A stretch of 64,000 nt of DNA. Source: Podarcis vaucheri (Eukaryota). Below are positions 38,991 to 48,217 of this stretch, piece after piece (positions within the stretch are counted from its first letter, which is position 1; every line of letters begins with the position of its first letter). The stretch lies in the NCBI GenBank assembly GCA_965113315.1, contig OZ220368.1. One strand, written 5' to 3'. Made by a program: the position numbers and the translations under genes. The notes beneath the pieces are model-generated. The model made no database searches and was not told where the DNA came from. It saw only the letters and a list, made by a program, of their open reading frames with translations.

Positions 38991-39820
38991 TGTGGTTAAT
39001 AACCTACACTACTGCCCTATAGATTCTGAATGTTTTAGCAGTCATTCCTCAATCTTTCTTAGCCAGTCACTAGAAACTCATTTAAATTCATGTCAAGATT
39101 CTAAAGTGAATTCTGCACTTATACAGAATCAAAGAACATACACAACCTTATCTATAAGCTGTTCTCATTCAGAACAAAGGTGCAGAAGTAATTATTCTTC
39201 AAATCCCTCCTTAACACACAGATTTTCTATAAAGCCTTTGGCACAACCCCTTCAATGTTTTACTGTAACAAACCCAACTGCATGCAACCAAAATCATCAT
39301 CCATTCCAGTCTCCCCTTCCTCTGTTGCTTCCCCATGTCAGATTTTTGACTGTAAGCTAAATAGGGCAGAAACCTGTCCTTATGTACTCTGTAGAATACC
39401 TCACACACCATCTGAGGTGCAGTAATAAAAAAGTAAACTTCCTAGTTTTTAATTTAAACACATACAAAGGCCAAGAGTACAGAATCAGTCTCCATGGAAC
39501 ATCTCAGGACAGTTCCCCAAACACTTGATAGTGAAAGCATGCTTTTTCTGAATTAAAACTGGACAGCACATTTGATTCTTACAGCCCCAAAAGTTGACTT
39601 TTTAGGGTGTATGAAAAACTAACTGCCTGTATCTCTGCAGGAATCACTACTCTGCAAGGAGGCATAAACTGATCCAGGCTATTAGTTCTGCTGTATTAGT
39701 CACCACACTGTTTGCTAACTGTCTTATTAAAAGAATAAAATATATAAGCTGTTATGACAATTTCAGAAATGGTCCCAAACAATGGAACAACAAAAAAGGA
39801 AACTTGAACCAAAGACTTAC

Positions 39821-40004
39821 CAATAGGTTTCTTTAGGTACATCCTCCTCACTGCTACCCCAGAGGCGTGCATGATAAATGGCATTCTGGACTCTCTCATC
39901 CTGGTTTTCACATTGATTAGCTGGGTCATTGATTATGCTAAGTATTCGTGGAGGTAAACCTTGTGTCAGCTTTGTCTTGGTTAGCCACAATGCTTGCTTT
40001 ACAC
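39821..40004 (-). CDS. MRPL37: MRPL37 exon 2 ([12 protein letters not shown]...HARLW...KETYC)
   Basis: ttgaag|GT...TATTG|gtaagt; 184 nt, phase 1/2. Confidence 0.95.
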
Positions 40005-40740
40005 CTTCAAGTAAAATAATATATTACCAGTGAGCATCTTTAGTACTGCACCTTGCACTTCAACCACTCTTACACGAGAACAAGGACTTTTCCACCATTC
40101 TTTTTAAGATTTGGAGCGGGTTGGGGAGAGCTATTCTAGAGACAAAATGGAGCAGAAAACCAAGACCACCTTAGAAATGCTGCATGCATTGCAGTTAATT
40201 ACTTAACAAAACCTGGACAAGTCTAGATAAGCTGGCACAATGTGGCCCAACAAGTTTGTGCCCACTAATTTGCAGTTCCCACCTTCTTATAACTACCACC
40301 TTTAACAGTATTTATGCTTTCCAAATACTGGGCTTTTCTTTGAAAATAACGATTATGATGCTGGGCAAGATAAAGCAAGTAACAAATTTATTAAATAATT
40401 TTACATTGGGGCAGCTGCCTGAGAGAAGAGCCATGTGCCTGTGCTAGCCTCCTAGGCTGGCCATTGTCACCTGCTCTGCTCCGATGTGGAGTGCTTCTGG
40501 GAAAGGCCTGCTCTTTAGCAAGAGCCAGACAGACAGCAGTGCCACATCAGCGAGGAGACGGCTTGTCACCTAGGAAGCCAAAATCTCCATAAAGGCAGAG
40601 CTATAGAACTGTGCCATTAAGAACAGCCCCTTTAAAAACTTCTACACAAGCTCCCTTTCCCCTCAGGTGCTGTTGCTGCATGCCTTTTTTTAAACTGAGA
40701 CTGTCCACTCCGAGAGCCTTTTCTAAGCTGCAGGACTGGG

Positions 40741-40842
40741 TGTCCATGCCATTAATAATGCCTGATCTGCATTAATGTCCATGCCATTAATAATGCCTGA
40801 TCTGCATTAATGTCCATGCCATTAATAATGCCTGACCTGCAT
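40741..40842. repeat. 35-bp minisatellite, ~3 copies, in MRPL37 intron 1
   Basis: TGTCCATGCCATTAATAATGCCTGATCTGCATTAA twice exactly, plus a near-complete third copy. Confidence 0.95.
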
Positions 40843-40859
40843 AACCCAAGCTCAGCTTG

Positions 40860-42080
40860 TCACTTCGCAGGCACCAACCTCTGGCCGGTCTCTTCCTTCC
40901 ACCGCCCCCTGCATCGCCTGCCCTCGAGGACTCCCTCAGAGCTCAAGCCATCTTGACACGAAACACCCCGAAGCTGGACGGCCTTCCCCGCCCACCAGCC
41001 TCCGTCAGCGCGGGCCCCGCAGGCAGCCCTCACCTTCCAGCACGCGAGTCCGCTGGTGGAAGATGTAGCAGGGCCGCTGCTTGTAAGTGGGCATCTCCTC
41101 CAAGCGGGGGCCGCCGTCGTGCCAGGGGTCGTGCCACCCGCGCTCCCACTTGGGGTGACGAGGCTTGGCCAGCCATGGCACGCGGTGCAGCTTCCCCTCG
41201 TACGTCACCACGTCGAGCTCGGGAAACTGCTCCCGCACCGGAGGCACTTTGCGTAAGTACCAAGGCAACGGCGCGCCCGGCGGCGGCCCGCGCACCGTCC
41301 ACGGGGTGCGGGGCAGCGGCTCCCGAGGACGCTTCGGCCCGTAGGTGAATTTGGCGCGGCGCTGCCCGCAAAGCGCCCAGCACTGCGCCCGCTGGGCGGG
41401 CAGCCGTACGGCCAGCATCGCTGCCTCCGCTCCACGTCGCCGAGTCCCCTCACAGACACCTCACCGCCCGCTGGCGGCCGCAGCCATTTTCTTTCCGCCT
41501 CCGAAGCGCATGCCGGGTAGAGGGGCGGGGCTATGTTGTGATGGACAGCGGGCCGCTTCCCCACCGCGCAAACTCGGCGCTCGTCTGGGCCCGGCGTGGG
41601 AAGGAAGCGGGTCGGTGGTTCGCCGTTGAGGGGACCGGCGGTGGCTTTCCCTGCCCATGACGCAGCCGGTGGAAGCGCCTCCAGTTCCCTCAAGGGCAGA
41701 AGAACAGCGTCCCGCCTCGCAAAGTGGCGACTAATCCTGCCCTTTTCTCCAGGAGACGCGGCGCTTTCGCAACGGAGGGGCATTGCCATTGCACGGCGCT
41801 TGTTGCACTTGGAGCCCCCCAGCTCCGGGCTGTGTGCGTGGTTCTCCCGCGTCCTCATTTAACCCCCGTAACAACCCCCCCCCTGCTCTGCTGCGATTAA
41901 AGCACCTTTGACTGTCCACGTTTTGCATGCGAAAGGTCTTGGTTTCACTCCTTGCCGTCTCCAGGTAGGGCATCGCTGCTGGAAGCGCTGGAGGGTGGCA
42001 GCAGGGGCTGAGCTTGGTGGCCCCCCATGGCCCGGCTTGGTGTAGAGCAGCTTCCATACGGGGGAGATCGAGGGGCGCTG
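40860..42080. promoter_or_regulatory. CpG island / bidirectional promoter of MRPL37 (-) and CYB5RL (+)
   Basis: The only strongly GC/CpG-rich block in the window, lying between divergent genes. YY1-type GCCATTTT 41483-41490, NRF1-like GCGCATGCCG 41506-41515, GC box GGGGCGGGG 41522-41530. Confidence 0.85.
41034..41418 (-). CDS. MRPL37: MRPL37 exon 1 (mitochondrial ribosomal protein mL37; MLAVRL...CYIFHQRTRVLEG)
   Basis: ATG at 41418; GAAG|gtgagg donor; 385 nt, phase 1; YEGKLHRVPWLAKP...CYIFHQRTRVLEG matches recalled mL37. Start choice uncertain (see findings). Confidence 0.88.
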
Positions 42081-42269
42081 AGCCTGCAGAGAGAGAGAGA
42101 GAGGCAGAGGCTCCTTGTTCATGGGCTGCCAATGCAAGCCAAAGTCCAAATAATTCGATTAGTTTCTCCTGCCCCTCATGTCATTATTTATTGCATTTAT
42201 ACCCCCCCCCCAAGTATCTCAAGGCGGCACACACAGTTCTACTCATTTAATCCCCACAACAACCCAAGG

Positions 42270-42452
42270 TAACAAAATATAAAAAATCCATCTAGTAGCA
42301 CCTTAGAGACAGTTGGTTCTTCAGAAGTGTGCATGCGCATGAAAGCTCATACCAATAACAAACTTAGTTGGTCTCTAAGGTGCTACGGGAAGGAATTTTT
42401 TTATTTTTTTTCAACTACGGCAGACCAACATGGCTACCTACCTGTAACTAGA
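42270..42452. mobile_element. Penelope-like element terminal remnant (inverted pseudo-LTR pair) nested in a MIR-like SINE
   Basis: 16-bp inverted repeat GTAGCACCTTAGAGAC (42295-42310 / 42371-42386); internal AAGTGTGCATGCGCATGAAAGCTCA; family assignment from recall. Confidence 0.6.
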
Positions 42453-42529
42453 ACCTCTAAGGTAAATTAGGCTGAGAGGCAGTGACAGGCCTACAGACAT
42501 GTACACTACGGTGCATCGTATCTTTCTCA

Positions 42530-42735
42530 TTATTTCATTTATACCCTATCCCTCTTCTAGAGCAGCATATATAATATGCTCACAACAGCCACTGTCTCCT
42601 CACAACAGCCCTGTAAGGTTGGTGGCAGGGAGGGTGATGGGGCCAAGATCACCCAGTGAGCTTTGTGAATAAGCAGCAATTTGAACCTGGGTGTCCCTTC
42701 CCGGTCTCATTACCTTATACAAAGCCAGCCCACGC
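42530..42735 (-). mobile_element. MIR/CORE-like SINE
   Basis: CCTCACAACAGCCCTGTAAGGT...GCCAAGATCACCCAG...TTTGAACCTGG (reverse complement of a B-box). Confidence 0.55.
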
Positions 42736-43360
42736 CACACACCTTTAGGTAGTTTTGCCTCTGACCTACCAAGCAAGGGCAGAGGCAGCAGCACAACACA
42801 GGAAAGTAGGCAGGAGTGTGGACCTGAATTTAAGCTGTAGTCAGAACCACACAACTTTCTGTTCTTGATGTGCCACCGCCATCGATGTTTGTAGCATTAA
42901 TGGGACTGGTCAAATAATAGCCCTCCTAGCACTGCTTAGTGGAAAACGGGACATAGAAAACTGCCTTACAAGTCAGAGCCATTGGTCCATCTAGTTCAAT
43001 ATCTTTTGCACTGAGCATCGCTCCAGTGTTCCAGACAAGGGACTTTCTCAGCTTACCAGTAAATGCCAATGGCTGAACTTGGGATCATTTGCAAACAGCT
43101 CTTGTCCCTCCCTCACATTAACATTCTGACTAGAAATCTCAAGAACGGCTTACCTTGTGCATATGTGCTAATGAAAATATTAATTGATTCTATCCATTTC
43201 CTGCCTTTTTGTTTAAAAAGCTGATAATGTTAATATGGACTGTAATTGATCAAGGGTGTAATTTATCAAGACTGTACCTGGAAAATATGGGAAGTTGGCA
43301 TATATTGTTAATGGTGCTTAATACAACTCCCAGAATCCTCCTGGCCTGTGCATTTTGATC

Positions 43361-43600
43361 TTAAGAACATAAAGAAGAGCTGTACTGGATGAAATGAAGG
43401 TCATCATCCTGTTCTCACAGTGGCCAGCCAAATGTCTTTGGAAAGGACATGAGTGCCACAATACTCCTTGCTCATGTTTCCCAGCAAGTGCTATTTAGAG
43501 ATATGCAGCCTGTGATACTGGAGCCATCATGATTAGTGGCAATCGATAGTCTTATCCCGCATGAGTTTGTCTAAACCTATTTGTAAAGTTGGTGGCCATT
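43361..43600 (-). mobile_element. Old CR1-like 3' end
   Basis: TAAGAACATAA start and similarity to the 1285-1525 copy. Confidence 0.5.
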
Positions 43601-44350
43601 ACTGTACTCATTTTTATGTAAGGCAAGGTACATAGACATCTGTAGCCACAACCCCAATATGGCTCTTAGCTAGTTTGTGAATGCATCCAGATTGGATTTT
43701 TTAATGTAAATGTGTACATGTAAAACTGTCAGCCTCCCCTGATTATGTAACTTCAGAAGAGTCCAGCAAGATAGTTTTTCCTAAAACAACCACATTATAC
43801 GAAAGGATGACATACTGAACTCTGATCAGGTTTACAGAGGTTTAGCTCCTAAAACATACTGGGGACAGGATCCACAGCCTCGACATTTTCGTTGTTGGGA
43901 CAACAGATTTTACATTCTCTTTGACACCTTTGCTTCTGTAGAGAGTTGGAAGGGGGAAAAATGACCTGTTTAACCTGTTTCTAAGGGGTAGGACCTGCAC
44001 CATCAATCCAAAGTAAAGTATGATGCTGTAGAAGGTTACAGTTGATTACATGTGTATATCATGAAGCAAAATAACAAATACTGTAGTAATATACCAAAAC
44101 CTAAAAATAACAATATTCCAAAAATAGATTAAAAACAGATATAAGTGTTAAATTTAACAAGATTTATTTACTACTTGGTCGTAACAAAATTTCTTAAGAG
44201 GTTTACAAGCAATATTAACGTTATCAATAAAAAATGAAGTGCTTCCAAGCAAGGAATTCAGCTAGAATGTGCTAAAATACATGCTGGTTGTGGTAGGGAC
44301 AGATCATCTCCATCCAACAGTTTGAAACTGAGTGTTATATTTTCTAGATA

Positions 44351-44527
44351 ATGGATGATAGTGAAGATGACTGGCTGTCTCTCAAGCCCAAAGAGCCATT
44401 GCCATCCCAGTGCTGTGGTAGCGGCTGCAAACCTTGTGTCTATGACACATATCAGGACGAGCTGGAGCAGTGGGAAAAGGCCAAGGCAAAAAAAGACAGA
44501 AGCCTCCTGACAAGGAAGAAACAGCAA
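44351..44527 (+). CDS. CYB5RL: CYB5RL first coding exon (oxidoreductase-like N-terminal domain, PLPSQCCGSGCKPCVYD)
   Basis: Acceptor ttctag| at 44346-44347, ATG 44351, CAA|gtagaa donor; 177 nt; motif matches recalled CYB5RL N-terminus. Confidence 0.9.
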
Positions 44528-46207
44528 GTAGAAATCTTAAAATTATGTTAATATTTCATCTGGGTCCTATTCCCCCCCCCCTTGTAAATAGATCCCATTG
44601 ATTTCAAATTGATCTACTGTACGTTCAGGTATATCTATTTAGGCTGCAATCCTAACCCCACACACCTGGGAGTAAGTCCCACTGAATTCAGTAGGCCTTA
44701 TTTCTGAGGAGACATGGTTACTTTGCAGTTACTTTCCAAAACAGTATTTTGTCCTTTTTATATCTAATTAGAAGTTTAATATGAGTATGTTTCAAAAAGT
44801 TTATGTCTTTGACTTGTTTCTCTCCTGTCAGTCTCTTGAATGCAGAATTATTAGAAAAAGTGTTTTATAACACTCATCAAATTTCCCACTTTAATATTTG
44901 TAATTATAGTTTGCTGCCATATTGTCTTCCCAATAAATCTTGCAAGTATTTTTGCTCCAATAAAAAGCAGTAAAATATGTAAGCTTAATTAACATTACAT
45001 TTTAAATGCAAGAAAATATATAGTAATCCATGCAGGAGAATACATTCCTTTCTAGCATCTCTCATATTGATGAACATCACAACTTACTCATAATTCAGTT
45101 TTATCCCATTGTGCCATCTGGGCTTTCTCCAATTCTGTTAACGCACCTCAAGCACCCAACAACTGAGGGCAAGCACAAATCCCTTTAAAATATGATGTTG
45201 CTTATTGGAGTAATACCTGAGAAAGGATGCTAGGAACTGAGGTGCCGATCCCATTGAGACTAAGCCCCATTGAACGCAATGGGTCCTACTTCAGACTAAA
45301 AACGCATAGGGTTGTGAAATGCATGCTGGGAAAATGAGAACAAGGAAATGAAGAAACAAAGAGAAATGCTTTTTTATATTTGAAATGATAGGTATTAAGG
45401 TTCAAGCCTGCTTGGAAGCCCTTTCCATTGGCCTGGAAGCCATTTTGATGTGCCAGGGCTAAGGCTGAGGCACATGCTCAGAGGTGCTTTTCTTTATTAT
45501 TCCTTGTTCCAAATCTGAAGTCTTGAGACTTCAATCAAATTCAGGGGCCACACAATGAATGGCTCACGTGCCCTGAAAAAGATAAAACATGTCTTGAACA
45601 AATTGGTAATGCAAAATTTGCTTCTAAAGATTGCCTGGAGGCCCGAATAAGCTATTCTCTTCCCTGGATCTTTGTACTGTGAGAAGCTTCGCTCATGTAA
45701 TTCTTGCAGACATGGAGCTGTTAAAAGCGCTGGAGTTTTGCAAAGGAAGAAAGACGGCAGCCCTAGTGGGAGGTCTGGAGAAAAATAAGAAATTGCTTTT
45801 GAGAGAGACTGCAAACTAAGGAGGAATGCCCATCCGTTCCTTGAGATAGGTAGAAAATTACCTCCTAGATGGCCTTCCATCATCTTTTGGGAGTGCTATT
45901 ACTATTTCTGTGTGGACATACCTTTAGTTTCTCACCTTCCAAAATCATTATCAGCATATTGTTATGGTCATAATTGTAAAAAAGGCAAGCAGATTAAAAT
46001 GGGACTTCACAAATAATTACTTACTGAATTAACACTTTATTGAGACCAGATGTATTCAGTCTTTAAAATTTGTGTGTGTGGCAGGCTCTTTGTGTGTGTT
46101 TTGCAGTAACATGTTTCACCATGGCAGAATTCACTCATTTTTTTAAAAAAAAAAGAAAAGAGGGTGGCATTGCTTAACCTTGTAATTATTTATTGTTGCT
46201 TTTGCAG

Positions 46208-46356
46208 TGTAGTAATTCAGAACTAACTCCAGAAACGTTTACAGCTTTCATCATAAGCTCTGTGGATCAGCTGACAGAGGACACCTACCAGTATAAATTT
46301 GAATTGCCTGGAAATAGCAGCCTAGGGTTGAGTTTGGGACAACATATTGTGCTAAG
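46208..46356 (+). CDS. CYB5RL: CYB5RL coding exon 2 (CSNSELTPETF...LGQHIVLR)
   Basis: ttgcag|TGT...CTAAG|gtactg; 149 nt, phase 0/2. Confidence 0.93.
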
Positions 46357-46791
46357 GTACTGTACTAAGTCTCTAGTTAAACAGGCCTCAGTATGTGATT
46401 TAACTTTCTTTTTGTTGTTGTTGAGCTACAAAGATTTCATGCCAAGTAAATCATAATTTCTGTGCTCCCAGATTGGCTCTGTTGAAAGAACTTGTGAGCT
46501 CACTGAGCTTATTAACCTTGTTAATTTTATGGTATATGCTAACCTACACTTGCTTTCCCTTCCATTTTAGTTGTATTGGAGGCAGAAAAATTAAGTGTGG
46601 GTAAGAAAGCCAATTTACAGAAAGGGAAAAGGTGAAAAGCAAATGTGTATTGGAATGATCGTCACGTACCAACACATAGGGAAAGTATATTAACTTTTCC
46701 CCCTGAGGAAGTTATGCCCATTGCAGTACAGAGCCACCTTTCATATTATTTATGTTATGAGTTACCTTTGTATCCCACCCTTCCTGTAAGA

Positions 46792-46927
46792 CAGGCATGG
46801 CCAAACTCGGCTCTCCAGATGTTTTGGGACTACACTTCCCATCATCCCTGACCACTGATCCTGTTAACTAGGGATGGTGGGAGTTGTAGTCCCAAAACAT
46901 CTGGAGGGCCGAGTTTGGCCATGCCTG
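46792..46927. mobile_element. Palindromic hAT-type MITE
   Basis: Arms of ~55 bp, CAGGCATGGCCAAACTCGGC...; degenerate 8-bp TSD CTGTAAGA/CTCTAAGG. Confidence 0.88.
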
Positions 46928-47079
46928 CTCTAAGGTATGTGGGAACATTTTGCCCTCCCAGGAACTCTGTGAAATAAGTTAGCGTGACTGATCAAAGTTT
47001 CCCAAGTGAACCTTATAACTGAATGATGGTGCAGTCTCTAGATTCTGTGGTCCAACACCAACACCCTGACCATAATATC

Positions 47080-47192
47080 TTTCTTTTTAAAAATTTGTTT
47101 ATTTGGCTTTTCAGATTAAAATTTTACAATCACGTATGCAACATACAACATAAAATCAAGATTCCAAAGAATCTCCTGGACCTTTGTGGGAG
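47080..47192 (-). mobile_element. Very short L1-like 3'-end insertion
   Basis: 12-bp TSD GACCATAATATC (47068-79, 47193-204); T-rich tail and AATAAA (47098-47103) on the minus strand. Confidence 0.7.
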
Positions 47193-48129
47193 GACCATAA
47201 TATCACACTGAGCATCTATCCGAAAGGCCTGACGTCCACTGAAAACAGATTAATAAAGCTGCTGTTGGAAACTTTTAGAGTTCACTATATATCCTCCATG
47301 TCACTGTAACAGCTAGATGCCTCACAAAACTTCATTAAGGATAAAAGAATTGACTATTCTGAGTTGAAAAGTTGTCTGTTGTTGATGTGCAATTGATTGG
47401 CAGTGGAAGCCAAGAGGTACATTGCTTCCCAAGTCATTTTTGGACTTTTAAGATGACTGTGATTAAGTCAGTTTCTATAAACTGGGTGAAGTTGCCAGCA
47501 CCACGACAGCAGCATGGTTCATTCCGGGCTCCTTCCAACACATGTAGGAATACAATGGATTAAGCCTAGGAGTAGTATCATTGACCTCTGTGCAACCTTT
47601 GTGAGATAGGTCTGATTTTGCATGACTGTTTAAGTTATTCTTTCTGCACATTCAGTTGGGAGCATTCCCAAATTCAAAATTTTATGAGTGTGGGATATTG
47701 TTTGTTAATATTATTTCCATGTATTCACTGTCTGTCCAAGACTATTTATAATCCCCCCCTTAGTATAGTTCTATAATTCCCTTACTCTGTGAGCAACATA
47801 GCTATATTTCACAAAATAGCTAGGCTGGCCATGTAGCTCATCTGGCCCCAGGAAAGGGAAGGATTGTTAAGGGAGGTGTGTGACAGAGAAATCTGAGGTT
47901 ATTTCAATGCCTTGAATCTCTGTGATTTCACTGCAAAATGGGAGGGAATGATCTATTGTCTGGCTTGGCAAAGGACAGCCCATGGGGAAGGAGGAAGGAT
48001 ACCTGCAGTGCTTTTCAGGCAGCAGCCTTTGCTGAGAGAGCAGTACTTTGCTGACAGGAATTGTAAGGGATTCAGATCAGGGTTCTCTTCCTCTATCTTT
48101 CTTTCTCTCTCTTTTTTTTCCTTCCTCAG

Positions 48130-48217
48130 AGGACTAGTGAATGGTTTGGAGGTTCAGAGAGCCTATACTCCAATTACTCCTGTGAATGCTGAAGGGTACT
48201 TTGAAGTTTTAATAAAG
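48130..48217 (+). CDS. CYB5RL: CYB5RL coding exon 3 (FAD-binding RAYTP motif)
   Basis: cctcag|A...AAG|gtaaat; 88 nt, phase 2/0; RxYT motif of the FNR/cytochrome b5 reductase family. Confidence 0.95.

Noticed and set aside
40741-40842. CRISPR-like array (also 26303-26370)
   Set aside because: Eukaryotic DNA; the repeats are head-to-tail with no unique spacers.
41420-41464. Mini-intron (CG|GTGAGG...GCAG|) removing the upstream TGA of MRPL37
   Set aside because: Only ~40 nt long with no pyrimidine tract; too short for a vertebrate intron.
40857-42272. Many overlapping 60-217-aa ORFs in the CpG island
   Set aside because: Expected from GC-rich, stop-poor sequence; only the MRPL37 frame shows recognisable homology.
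44640-44720. Recurrent short palindromic GAGTAAGTCCCACTGAA repeats (also ~45250, ~52345, ~56270)
   Set aside because: A degenerate interspersed repeat whose boundaries and class cannot be defined by eye.
48211-48216. AATAAA in CYB5RL
   Set aside because: It lies within codons (TTA ATA AAG) immediately before a strong donor.
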